Made by a program: the position numbers and the translations under genes. The notes beneath the pieces are model-generated. The model made no database searches. It saw only the letters and a list, made by a program, of their open reading frames with translations, and was not told where the DNA came from. This document shows, one piece after another, positions 43,438-54,181 of a stretch of DNA of 64,000 nucleotides. The stretch lies in IMG/VR virus record IMGVR_UViG_3300035517_000383, positions 32,001-96,000 of that record; one strand, given 5' to 3'. How positions within the stretch are numbered: the first letter of the stretch is position 1; each line of letters opens with the position of its first letter. This stretch comes from a virus. Its lineage: Duplodnaviria > Caudoviricetes.

Positions 43438-43516
43438 TTTTAAGTTCATAATTGAGAGGGTTAAGTACCCTCTCAACTTTTAAGAAAAAGTATTGTTATT
43501 TTGCGATTAAATTATT

Positions 43517-44419
43517 TTGGAGGAAAAGAAATATATGTTAGATATTAATAAGATTGAAAGTAAAAATGAAGTTTATGTTAGTGGTATTCTTAATGAACTT
43601 GAAATTGTAGAAGGAATAACAAATGATGGTCGCGGCTGGGTACGTGGTAATGCACAAATTCGTGTTGACCAAGAAATTGATGGAGTAGTAACAGAGAATA
43701 TTATTCCAGTTAGAATGTTCTCTATGAGAAAGAAGAAAGACGGCACAGATAATAAGGTTTATGACCGTATTGTAGGGTACAAAGAAAAGTTTACCTCTCT
43801 CGCGGCTGCAGATGATGAAAGTGAGGCATCGAAGATTACTATCTCTAATGGTAGAATAGAAGAAAACCCCTATGTAAACAGAGAAGGAAATGTTGTTTCT
43901 TCATGGCAGATTTCAGCTAATTTCCTTAATGATTACAGAAATAATGACGAAGAGTCTGCTAAGTTTGAGGTAGTAGGTGTTATTGCTAATATTCGACAGG
44001 AAGTAAATAGAGATGGTGATGAAACAGGAAGAGATATTATTAGTCTTGTTCTTGTAGGATACGCCGGCAAGGCAAATGTAATTGACCTTATTGCTTCTGG
44101 TTCAGCTAAGGACTTTATTGAAACAAACTGGAACAAGGGCGATACAGTCCATGTTACAGGTCGAATTAGTATGACACGAAAGGTAGTTACTTGGAAGGAA
44201 GAGCAGGGATTTGGAGAACCAATTCTACGTTCTAGAACAGAAAGTCGAAAGGAACTTATAATTACTGGTGGCTCCCCTAGTGGACTTGAAGAGGCTCTTT
44301 CTTATGATGCAAATGATGTAAAGATTATTCTTAACAAGAGAAAGGCAGACCATGAAGCTCTTAAGAATGAGAGAACGGCGAAGGTTTCTCCCAAGAAAAC
44401 TATAGACCTCGGTTTTTAA
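43517..44419 (+). CDS. single-stranded DNA-binding-like protein (tandem OB folds)
   Basis: NEVYVSGIL..; GDTVHVTGRI; C-terminal DLGF; lies before the Sak4-like gene. Confidence 0.55.
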   Translation: MEEKKYMLDINKIESKNEVYVSGILNELEIVEGITNDGRGWVRGNAQIRVDQEIDGVVTENIIPVRMFSMRKKKDGTDNKVYDRIVGYKEKFTSLAAADDESEASKITISNGRIEENPYVNREGNVVSSWQISANFLNDYRNNDEESAKFEVVGVIANIRQEVNRDGDETGRDIISLVLVGYAGKANVIDLIASGSAKDFIETNWNKGDTVHVTGRISMTRKVVTWKEEQGFGEPILRSRTESRKELIITGGSPSGLEEALSYDANDVKIILNKRKADHEALKNERTAKVSPKKTIDLGF

Positions 44420-44460
44420 TCCGAAGTCTTATAGTTTTAAATAAAAAGGAGGAGAAATAA

Positions 44461-45701
44461 ATGGCTATTGATTTACTTAACCTAGAACCGCAGAAGATAA
44501 GCAAAGATTTAAAAGGAAAATTTACATTGATTTATGGACAAGCTGGGTGAAACACGCCCCTTATTTAAGTAATTAAATAATGAAAATAGAGTAAAAAGCT
44601 GGAAACCTAAACTTTTTTTGAGCATGGTAATCAGAGCGGAAGTTATTTTTAAAAGAGATAACACGCGCAACGCATAGGTAAAATAACTTTTAAAATTTAT
44701 TTTTAAGAGAATAAAAACCCAAGAGACTCTACAACCAAACAATGGTTGAAAAGATATGCTGAACTTATAGGAAACTATAAGAAATAAAAGATAAAAAACT
44801 TTTATGATAACACAATGGTGGAAAGACCACACTTGCTTCTCAGTTTGACAAATGCTTGATAGCTGGTTTCGAGCAAGGAAGCAATGCCCTAAATAATGTT
44901 TATGTTCAACCAATTAAAACTTGGCAAGATTGGAAGTCTGCAGTTTCTCAGTTGATAAAGAAACCAGAACTACAATCTAAGTTTAGTACAATTGCAATTG
45001 ATACAGCCGATGAAGCGTTTAAACTTTGTGAAAAATGGACTTGCTCACAATATGGAGCAGAAACGATTAAGGATATTGCGGCATATGGTGGCGGATACAA
45101 AATCCTAGATGATAATTTTATGACACCTTTTAGAGATTTAGCTTACGCTGGGTATGGTCTTATTTTTGTTTCTCATGAAGCTGAAAAGACTTATGTAAAT
45201 GACAATGGTGAGGAGTATACAAAGATTGTTCCTGCTCTTCCAAACCGTCCTTTTGGTCTTATTAATAAAATGGTAGATTTAATAGGTTATATACGAGAAA
45301 TTCCAATAAAGAAAGAAGATACTATAGAACATAAGAGATATATGTTCTTTAGAGGAGATGAAAGATTTTTAACTAAATCTCGTTTTAAGTATATCACTCC
45401 TAAAATAGAATTATCATATAGTGCTTTTGTTGACGCAATTTATGATGCAATAGATAAGGAAGTTGCTCATAGTGGCGGCGAAGCAACAGAAGAAAAGAAT
45501 CCTTATTTGGAACGTTCATTTGATGAACTTATGGGTGAAGCAAAGGAGCTTTGGAATAAGGTAATTGCAAATGATGTAATTGAAGATGCTAAAAAGATTC
45601 TAGAAACAGAATTTGGAAAGCCTATTAAATTTAGTGAAATTGTACCAGAACAAGCGGATAAATTAAGTAAAGTCCTTATCTTAATTAAAGAATTGTTCTA
45701 A
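44461..45701 (+). CDS. Sak4/AAA_24-like ssDNA-annealing ATPase, spliced 44461-44548 + 44818-45701
   Basis: Splicing restores YGQAGCGKTT; FEQG, IAIDT, FVSH, VDLIGY, KSRF. Confidence 0.8.
44549..44817 (+). mobile_element. group I intron without ORF in the Walker A of the Sak4-like gene
   Basis: U/G boundaries; GGTAATCAG; R element CAACGCATA pairs with S element AAGATATGCT. Confidence 0.85.
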
Positions 45702-45705
45702 TTTT

Positions 45706-45735
45706 TAAGGTAGGAGATATTCTCCTACCTTTTTT
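45706..45735 (+). terminator. intrinsic terminator
   Basis: AAGGTAGGAGA-TAT-TCTCCTACCTT followed by TTTT. Confidence 0.75.
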
Positions 45736-45754
45736 ATTTATTGGGAGGAATTAA

Positions 45755-47250
45755 ATGACTTATATTATTGATACGTGTGTACTTTTAGATTATCCTCAAA
45801 TTGTAGAAGATAAGAATAATCAATTAATTATTGCCACCAGTGTATTAAAGGAACTTGATGGATTAAAAAAACATAACAACCCAGAAACTGCTGCGGCCGC
45901 ACGACGTGCCGCTGTTTATATTTCTAGGAATTTAGACAATTTAGACTGGTATTCAGATTGTGAGAATTGGAATATTCCAGTTGATGACCAACTACTTAGA
46001 ATTACTAAAGAACTTTCAGGAATTTTATTAACTAACGATGTCTATTTAAAAGTTAAAGCTCTAATTGATGGAATTAATACTAAGGGATATGGTAATAAAG
46101 ATGATTATATTGGTGTAGAGTATTGGTATTTAAATTTTGATAGTAATTATTATAATGCTCGTTTAGCTCATGTTTTTGAGACTGGTAAAAAGCCTGAAGA
46201 AATTAAACTCTATGAAAATCAATATTTAATTGTAAAAAATCTTGACTCAATCGTAATGACAAGACATCAAGAAGAAGATTATGAGATTATGGCCTGCTTT
46301 GTTTATCGTAATGGCAGACTTATGCAAATTGATAATCTTAAAATTAAAAATAAGTGGATTAATTGTATTGTTCCAAAAAATGCTGAACAAATGTGTTTGT
46401 TTGAAGCTCTTAATAACAAAGATATTAATATACTCTATGCAGGAGGCAAATTTGGAACGGGTTATTGATTAGCTCCCTTATATAGTGATATATATTGAAT
46501 AACGTGGTTAATTACTGGAAAACCTAAGTCTTTTAGATATGGCAATCAGCAGCCAAGTCACTTAGTTAGTGAAAAGGTTCAACGACTATCTCGGAAGAGA
46601 GTAGAATTTTATTAATTCTAAATTACCACGCTTCTATTATTAGAAGAAGATATAGTCTACTCCGACCATTAAATTGGTGTTAAAGTATCTCGAAAGAGAC
46701 GGTATATAGGAAGTCCTTTATTTTAAATAATTTTGCATTGCAAGAGTTGGAAAAAGAAAGAATAAAGAAAATTGTTTATATTCCTAATAATTCTTATGTT
46801 GAAAATTCTATGGAACTAGGATTCCTTCCGGGTTCTGATTTTGAGAAGTTAACCCCCTCTATTGGTCCGTTAATTGACCTTATCGGAATTGATGCGGTTC
46901 AAGATATGATTTCTAGAGAACAGCTCGAAATTGTTCCTACTGGATTTATCAGAGGACGTAGTTTTGAAGATTCTATAGTAATTGTAAATGAAGCTCAAAA
47001 CCTTACAGAAGACCATATAAAACTTTTAATTGCACGTTGCGGCGAAGGCACAAGAATTCTATTTGACGGAGATTATAAACAAGCTGATTCTTTTATTTTT
47101 AGAAATAGAAATGGATTAAAGTTACTTCTAAATTTAAGAAAATCTCCTTTTTATGCAAAAATGTTTTCTACTGTTAAATTGGTTATTACAGAAAGAAGTT
47201 CTACCGCTCAGGCGGCTGAATACCTTGACCAATTAGCATCGGAAATATAA
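45755..47250 (+). CDS. phoH: PIN-PhoH (PhoH2-like) protein, spliced 45755-46462 + 46711-47250
   Basis: IIDTCVLL..ELDGLK..DD..TND PIN domain; GKFGTG|KS; LGFLPG, RGRSF, NEAQN, GDYKQ. Confidence 0.88.
46463..46710 (+). mobile_element. group I intron without ORF in the Walker A of phoH
   Basis: U/G boundaries; GGCAATCAGCAG, CAACGACTA and AAGATATAGTC core elements. Confidence 0.88.
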
Positions 47251-47365
47251 AAATATAGTGGTACAATCTTATTTATTGTACCACTTAAAATAATATATTG
47301 ACTTTTTTATAAAAATATGGTATAATATATATAGAAAATAAAGAAGAAGGGTGAATAAAAATTAG

Positions 47366-48091
47366 ATGAAATTATCAGAAGAAACAATTTTAAAAATTCC
47401 AATTCTTTATAAAAAATTGGGAACAAAAAAACAAGTGGCGGAACAATTAAATATATCACCCACGACAGTTTCAAAATATTTAAATCTTTTTGAGGCGGCC
47501 GCACCGCAAGAAAAAACAAAGAAAGAAAAAAAGAAAAGAATTAAAATAACAGATGAAATTATTGAAAAAATAAATCAAGTTTATAGTGAACAAAAGAATT
47601 TAACAAAGACAGCAGAAATTATAGGTTGTTCTATTCAAACAATTAAAAAATATTTGACAGAAGAAAATCTTAATATTAGTGAATCCCAAAAAGATGACAG
47701 AGATGCATTGTTCTTCTATATTTATAATCTATTTGGACAATATTCAGATGACAAACCTGTTAGTGACTGGAATCTTGTTCAGATGCAAAATTTTAAAAAG
47801 CAGGGAATGTCTTACAAGGGACAATTACTTACTTTAAAATATTTTTATGAAGTAAAGAAAAATTCAATTGAAAAATCAAATGGTTCGATTGGAATAATTA
47901 AATATGTATGGGATGAAGCGGAAAGATATTATACTCAGCAAGCAGAAAAAGCAGAAGAATTTAATAAAGCAATTCAGCGGCAACTTGAACAAGACAGACT
48001 TTCAATTAAATATAATCCAGAAGATTATGTCAATAAAAGAAGAAGAAAGAAAACTATTGACCTAAATTCATTAGGAGGTGAAAGTGGTTGA
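47366..48091 (+). CDS. double-HTH protein, putative replication initiator/helicase loader
   Basis: Two HTH units; C-terminal LKYFY..SIGII.Y domain; coupled to the helicase gene. Confidence 0.55.
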   Translation: MKLSEETILKIPILYKKLGTKKQVAEQLNISPTTVSKYLNLFEAAAPQEKTKKEKKKRIKITDEIIEKINQVYSEQKNLTKTAEIIGCSIQTIKKYLTEENLNISESQKDDRDALFFYIYNLFGQYSDDKPVSDWNLVQMQNFKKQGMSYKGQLLTLKYFYEVKKNSIEKSNGSIGIIKYVWDEAERYYTQQAEKAEEFNKAIQRQLEQDRLSIKYNPEDYVNKRRRKKTIDLNSLGGESG

Positions 48092-49776
48092 TTCAAATTG
48101 ATAGACGTACCATAATCCAAATTTTTGGCAGTTTGATGAGCCGTCCCAATCTTTTAAGTGATGTTGATAAATACCACCTAGAACCTAATGACTTTCATAA
48201 TCAGTTTGATAAATATGTTTTTTCTGCAATTTATAATCTCTATGTAAACGGAGCAGAAATTATTCATACTGTTGATATAGATAATTTTCTTCAATCTAAT
48301 ACATTAGCTAAAGATTTATTTGAAAAAGAAAACGGAGTAGCTTTTCTTCAAGATTGTGAAACATATTGCGAACCTAATAACTTTTCTTATTATTACAATA
48401 AACTAAAAAAGATTAATCTATTAAGAGAGTTACAGAGAACAGGAAAAGATATTAGTAAATTCTATTCAGAGGATTCTTTAGATGAAAATCATGATAGTAT
48501 AAATATGAATTTTGAAAAATTAAGTACTTCTGATATTGTTAATGCTTTAAAAGGGGAAATTGCTGGACTAGAAAGAAAGTACGTTCTTAATTCTGTTGTT
48601 GAAGAAAGTAATGCCTATGATGGTATAAGAGACTTGATTCAAGACCTAAAAACAGTTCCAGAAATTGGTTGTCCACTTCAAGGTGAAATATTTGATACAA
48701 TTGCTCGTGGCGGCCGCAAGGGAAAAATGTATTTACGTTCAGCGGCAACATCAGTGGGTAAATCAAGAAGTATGGTTGGTGATGCTTGTAATATTGCTTA
48801 TCCAATTAGATATGAACCGACTTATGGTAAGTGGATTGCTACAGGACATCATGAAAAAGTTCTTTATATAATGACAGAACAAGACCCCGCGGAAATTCAA
48901 ACGATGATTTTGGCGTATCTTACTGGATATAATGAGGAAATGTTTCTATATGGAACATATCAAGAAGAGCATATGGATAGAATTATGAAAGCTATTGATA
49001 TTATGGAAAAATATAAAGATAATATGTTATTTGCTAGAGTTCCAGACCCATGTGCCTCAGTAATTAAAAACTTGTTTAGACGTTATGCTTTACAATATGG
49101 AGTAGAAAATTTTTTCTATGATTATATTTTTTCTTCTCCTGCAATGCTAGATGAATATAGAGATTTAAAACTTCCAGAACACGTTTGTTTAAGATTGTTT
49201 ACAACAGCCTTAAAAAATCTTGCGGTTGAACTTGATGTTTTTATCATGACTTCCACTCAGATTAGCGGAGACGAAGAAGAAGGTTTTAGAGATTATAAAA
49301 AAATTAGAGCTTCTAAATCAATAGCAGACCTTGTAGACTTGGGTTGTATTATGTCAAGACCATCTATAGATGAATTAAAGATGGTTGCTAATTTTCAAAA
49401 GAATTTTGGATTCAGTCCAAATTGCGTTACTGATATTTACAAAAACAGACGTGGCCGCTGGAATATGGTTAGAATTTGGTCTAGAAAAGATTTAGGAACG
49501 TGTAGAACTTATGACTTATTTGTAACAACAGCAGATAATAAAATTATAGAAGATTTTCAAATTATTGATTTTGAGTGTCTTAAGACTAAAGAAATGGATG
49601 AATTAGAAGATTTTTATAATAATGGAGTTGTTTCTGATGAAGTAGTAGAGGATTTATTAATGAATATTTCTAGAGAAGAGCCAGAAAGTCTTTTGGAATC
49701 AGTTACTAATGCTTTTGGAGATTTTGAAAAGAAAAAAGAAAAAATAAAAGAAACAGATTTGAGTGATTTATTATGA
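48088..49776 (+). CDS. DnaB-like replicative helicase
   Basis: SAATSVGKSR Walker A; TE, FYDYI, STQ, KNRRG. Confidence 0.85.
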   Translation: MIQIDRRTIIQIFGSLMSRPNLLSDVDKYHLEPNDFHNQFDKYVFSAIYNLYVNGAEIIHTVDIDNFLQSNTLAKDLFEKENGVAFLQDCETYCEPNNFSYYYNKLKKINLLRELQRTGKDISKFYSEDSLDENHDSINMNFEKLSTSDIVNALKGEIAGLERKYVLNSVVEESNAYDGIRDLIQDLKTVPEIGCPLQGEIFDTIARGGRKGKMYLRSAATSVGKSRSMVGDACNIAYPIRYEPTYGKWIATGHHEKVLYIMTEQDPAEIQTMILAYLTGYNEEMFLYGTYQEEHMDRIMKAIDIMEKYKDNMLFARVPDPCASVIKNLFRRYALQYGVENFFYDYIFSSPAMLDEYRDLKLPEHVCLRLFTTALKNLAVELDVFIMTSTQISGDEEEGFRDYKKIRASKSIADLVDLGCIMSRPSIDELKMVANFQKNFGFSPNCVTDIYKNRRGRWNMVRIWSRKDLGTCRTYDLFVTTADNKIIEDFQIIDFECLKTKEMDELEDFYNNGVVSDEVVEDLLMNISREEPESLLESVTNAFGDFEKKKEKIKETDLSDLL

Positions 49777-50831
49777 TTGATTTAAAAGAATTGGAACAAA
49801 GTTTAACAGACGAACGTATAATTGAATTAGTTACTGAATTAGGTTCTGATGATTATAAAGATACACCAAACGCTATAATATTTAAAACAATATGTCATAA
49901 CATAGATTCTACAGAAGCAAGTTTAAAACTTTATTATTATAAAAATACTAAAAGATTTAAATGTTATACAGATTGCGGTGATACATTTAATATATATGAG
50001 CTGTTTAGGCGGCGATATGAGTTATTAGGAATAGAATATGATTTTTATAAAGATATAATTCTTAAAATCTCAGAAAACAATCTGGTGTTTCAAGAAAAAG
50101 GTTTTTACAACAAATATGAAAGTGTTTATGAGAAATATAAGAAAAATAGCCCTAAAGTAAATATATCTATTCTACATCCTTCTTTATTAAATACTTTTAC
50201 TTTCTATCCAACACAAGAATGGTTAAATGATGGAATTAGTATTCAATCTATGAGAGAATATAACATAAAATATTCAGTATCTGAAAACAAAGTTGTTATT
50301 CCTCATTACGATAAAGACGGATATTTAATTGGAATCCGTGGACGTGCCCTTAATGAAGAAGATATTGAGCTTGGTAAGTATATGCCAATTCAAATCGAGG
50401 GAAAATTTTATTCTCATCCTCTTGGATATAATCTTTATGGATTAAATTTTGTTAAAGGTAATATTAAGAAAAATAAAATTGCAATAGTATATGAATCGGA
50501 AAAAGCTGTTCTTCAATATAATACAATGTTTGGACATCAAAATAATATTGCTGTTGCGGCTTGTGGTAGCAGTTTTCATGATTATTAGATGAAATTGCTT
50601 GTGGCCGCTGGTGCAGAAAAAGTAATAATTGCTTTTGATAAAGAAGGGGAGGATTGGAAATCGAAAGATAGATATTATAATAAATTAAAAAAAATATGTG
50701 AACGCTACAAAAATATTTGTAATATGGGTTTTATATTTGATTTTCAAAATCTACTGGCTTTAAAAGATAGTCCAACAGACAAAGGTAAAGATATTTTTTT
50801 AAAATTATATAAAAAGACAATATGGATATAA
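49773..50831 (+). CDS. DNA primase (1 TAG inside TOPRIM)
   Basis: CH..CYTDC Zn finger, IPH..GIRGR, LYG, YESEK; after the TAG, AFDKE and KDSP in the same frame. Confidence 0.85.
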
Positions 50832-50851
50832 TAGGAGGAATTTTCTTAAAA

Positions 50852-52597
50852 ATGAAGTATATACAACGAACAAAGACAAATATAGATAATGATTTTTTTA
50901 GGAATTTGTTAATTGATAGAAAGATTATTGATTCTTCTAGAGAAAGTTATGAAAATTTTATAAGACCTAGAAAAGATTTTTTATTAGAACCAACCCTGCT
51001 AGATAATATGGAAGAAGGTTTTAAATTATTTAAAAAACATTTAGATAATAATAGTACGATATATTTTGTAGTTGACTGCGACGTAGACGGCTTTACTTCT
51101 TCATCAGTACTCATTAATTATTTTAATGACAATTTGAAAGAAAAATATCCTAATGTTGAAATTCAATATCATGTACCAGAAGCAAAGGCGCATGGACTTT
51201 CAACAATTATGGAAAATTTTACTAATAAAAAGATATGTGATTTAATTATATGTGCGGATTCTTCAAGCAATGATTTTGAAGAGCATAAGATACTTAAAGA
51301 TTTAGGGTATGATATATTGGTTTTAGACCATCATATTACATCTCATTATAGTGAAAATGCAGTTGTAATTAACAATCAGTTATCAGAAAATTACTCTAAT
51401 AAGAATTTAAGTGGCGTTGGGGTTGTTTATAAATTTCTTCAATATTGTGATGAGCAATTTAATTTTAATAATGTCGCTGATAATTATTTAGATTTAGTTG
51501 CATTCGGTGAAATAAGTGATATGATGGAAATGACAACTTTAGAAAATAGATATATTTGTAAATATGGACTTGACCACATAAATAATCAATTTATGAAAGA
51601 TTTAATTGAAAAGCAATCATACTCGCTTGGAGATAATCTTACTCAAATTGGTGTAGCATTTTATTTAACTCCTCTTGTTAATGCTCTTATTCGAATAGGC
51701 TCTCAAACTGAAAAAGAAAACCTATTTAAAGCTTTTATTGATGGTCTTGAAATTGTTCCTTCTACGAAACGCGGCGACAAGGGTAATTTTGAAACAATTA
51801 GTGTACAGAGCGTAAGAAACTGCGTTAATGCTAAAGCAAAACAAAATAGAGAAAAAGAAAAAGCAATGGAAATTCTTGATATTCAAATTATTGAGAATTG
51901 TTTGGATGACAATAAAATATTAATTCTCAACGCTGATGAATTAGATGTTCCTAATTCATTGACAGGATTGATAGCAATGGGGGTTAGTGCTAAATATAAG
52001 AAACCAGTGCTGCTTGGTAGAACAAGTCCAGATGGATTTTTAAAAGGCTCAGGTCGTGGCCGTAATGGAAGCGAATTACAGGACTTTAGACAATTTCTTT
52101 TAGATAGTGGCTATATGGATTTTGCAGAAGGACATTCTCAAGCTTTTGGACAATCAATTAAAATTTCCAATATTGATAAGCTAACTAATTATGCTAATTA
52201 CAAATTGGCGGATATCAACTTCAACGAAGGATTCTATGAAGCTGATTTTGTTGTTAATGGCAGTTATCCTGCACTATCTACCTTAATTGAGGAAATGGAT
52301 AAAGGAAAAACTCTGTGGTCGCAAGGTAATGATGAGCCAATTATTATTATAAAAAATATTCAGGTTAATAAAAATGAAATTTCTATAATTGGCAAAAATC
52401 ATGATACTATAAGGCTTGTTTATAATGGAATTACTTATATAAAATTTAAAGCAGAAGAAATAATTAAAATGCTTGATAATATTAGTGATGATTTAATAAT
52501 TACAATTGCTGGTAGAGCAAATATAAATGAATGGGGCGGCCAGAGAAAGCCGCAGATATTAGCAGACGAGATGGAAATTATTGATGTTTCGTTTTAA
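50852..52597 (+). CDS. recJ: RecJ-like ssDNA exonuclease (DHH)
   Basis: DCDVDG, HG, DHH, GSGR, GHSQAFG; RBS favours ATG 50852. Confidence 0.88.
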   Translation: MKYIQRTKTNIDNDFFRNLLIDRKIIDSSRESYENFIRPRKDFLLEPTLLDNMEEGFKLFKKHLDNNSTIYFVVDCDVDGFTSSSVLINYFNDNLKEKYPNVEIQYHVPEAKAHGLSTIMENFTNKKICDLIICADSSSNDFEEHKILKDLGYDILVLDHHITSHYSENAVVINNQLSENYSNKNLSGVGVVYKFLQYCDEQFNFNNVADNYLDLVAFGEISDMMEMTTLENRYICKYGLDHINNQFMKDLIEKQSYSLGDNLTQIGVAFYLTPLVNALIRIGSQTEKENLFKAFIDGLEIVPSTKRGDKGNFETISVQSVRNCVNAKAKQNREKEKAMEILDIQIIENCLDDNKILILNADELDVPNSLTGLIAMGVSAKYKKPVLLGRTSPDGFLKGSGRGRNGSELQDFRQFLLDSGYMDFAEGHSQAFGQSIKISNIDKLTNYANYKLADINFNEGFYEADFVVNGSYPALSTLIEEMDKGKTLWSQGNDEPIIIIKNIQVNKNEISIIGKNHDTIRLVYNGITYIKFKAEEIIKMLDNISDDLIITIAGRANINEWGGQRKPQILADEMEIIDVSF

Positions 52598-52650
52598 TTT
52601 TATTTAAAAAAATCAAGAATATATTATAAACAGATTTAAGGAGGATAATA

Positions 52651-53172
52651 ATGGAAACTAAATTAATGTATGTAGCCTTAGACGGTTCAATGTTCTGTTC
52701 TTCGGAACAGTGTGAAGCATATGATAAAAAGTTAAAAAAAGAGAATAAAGTAAGTAAAGACAATTTTTTTGATAATATTCGTATAATTTCTTTAGAACAT
52801 GATTTCTATGATATCAACAATAACAAAAATGGTATAACAATAAGTACACCTGAAAATTTTAGAGATTTTTTAAAAATGATAAATGGTGATATTACAGCCA
52901 TTTATTTTGACCATCAAATTTATCAAAAATTTTTATTAGATTTGTCTGAACAGACACAAAAAGAATATCAAGACAAAGAAAAAAATCTCTTTCGCAGTCT
53001 TAAAAGTAATCTTCTTTGCCACAGAATAACTAACAGTAATGCGATTATTTTTTATTACAACAAAGAAAAAGATTGTTGGGAAACTCTTGAAGATATTCTT
53101 GATAAGCAGGCGGCAATATATAAGCATTTTATAAAAATTAATAATGACATTATAAAATATGCAAAATACTAA
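52651..53172 (+). CDS. hypothetical protein
   Basis: GGAGG RBS; Y.A.DGSMF.S.EQC..Y N-terminus. Confidence 0.6.
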   Translation: METKLMYVALDGSMFCSSEQCEAYDKKLKKENKVSKDNFFDNIRIISLEHDFYDINNNKNGITISTPENFRDFLKMINGDITAIYFDHQIYQKFLLDLSEQTQKEYQDKEKNLFRSLKSNLLCHRITNSNAIIFYYNKEKDCWETLEDILDKQAAIYKHFIKINNDIIKYAKY

Positions 53173-53270
53173 AAATAGAATATTAATATTTTATTCTAAT
53201 CATAAGATTTTACATTTTAAATAAATTATGCTATAATTATTATAGTAAATAGGAAAAGGAGAGAAAAACT

Positions 53271-53459
53271 ATGGAAGAAATAATTTTAAAAAGAACAGAA
53301 GAATGGAGAACAAATTCTGAGGAAGAAGCAGAAGCACTTATTAGAAAAGCAAAAGAAGACCCAGATAACGAGGGGTATGAATTGACTTCATATTCTTCAA
53401 CAAGAAAAGAAAAGAAAGATGACTTATATTATATTGTTAAGTTAGTTAAGGTATGGTAA
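53271..53459 (+). CDS. hypothetical protein
   Basis: Short ORF with RBS. Confidence 0.55.
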   Translation: MEEIILKRTEEWRTNSEEEAEALIRKAKEDPDNEGYELTSYSSTRKEKKDDLYYIVKLVKVW

Positions 53460-53486
53460 TACAAAAATTTAAACAGGAGGATATTT

Positions 53487-53908
53487 ATGAAAATTTTAGT
53501 AGCAGGTAGTCGAGAATATAATGATTATGAAGAATTTCAGGATATGATGAAAATTTTTATATAATAAATATACTATTACTGAAATAGTTAGTGGTGGAGC
53601 GAGAGGAGCAGACACTTTCGCCATCTCTTTTTGTAAAAAGAATAATATTCCAATTAAAATTTTTTAAAGCTGACTGGAAGCTATATAGAAAACGTGCAGG
53701 ATTTCTTAGAAATGTAGAAATGCACAAATATCTTAAGGATTTCTCAGATAGATTATGCATATGTTTTTGGAACGGAAAGTCTAAAGGAACAACATATAAT
53801 TTTAAGTTATGCGAAAAATACAATACGCCATTAATTATATATGATTATAACAAACATCATGTTGTAAATGCTAGTGATGAAATTATTAAACAAGGTGAGA
53901 AAAAGTGA
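53487..53908 (+). pseudogene. YspA/DUF2493 SLOG-family gene with two +1 frameshifts
   Basis: MKILVAGSR, IVSGGARGAD and ADW..G..RN..FWNGKSKGT lie in three successive frames; breaks at T-runs near 53556 and 53662. Confidence 0.7.
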
Positions 53909-54181
53909 GATTATTTGATAGAAAAAATGTTAGTAAGAGCAAAAAGATATGCAAAGTAAATTAATCAAATTGATAAACTATTAAATCAGTTTGAGAAAAG
54001 AAAGGAATTATCACAAGATGCAAAAGAATTAATTAATAAAATTGATGAGATTTTAGAGTAAAAAGAATAGTCAAGGTATAATCCTTGACTTTTTCTATAA
54101 ATTATGATATAATATATATAGAAAATAAATAAGAGATAGAAATTTTGGAAATCTTCATCTCTATTTTAAGGAGGGTACTAA

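Noticed and set aside
44509-44913. Minus-strand ORF across the intron as a possible homing endonuclease
   Set aside because: Antisense to the intron and has no nuclease motif; the same applies to 63244-63501
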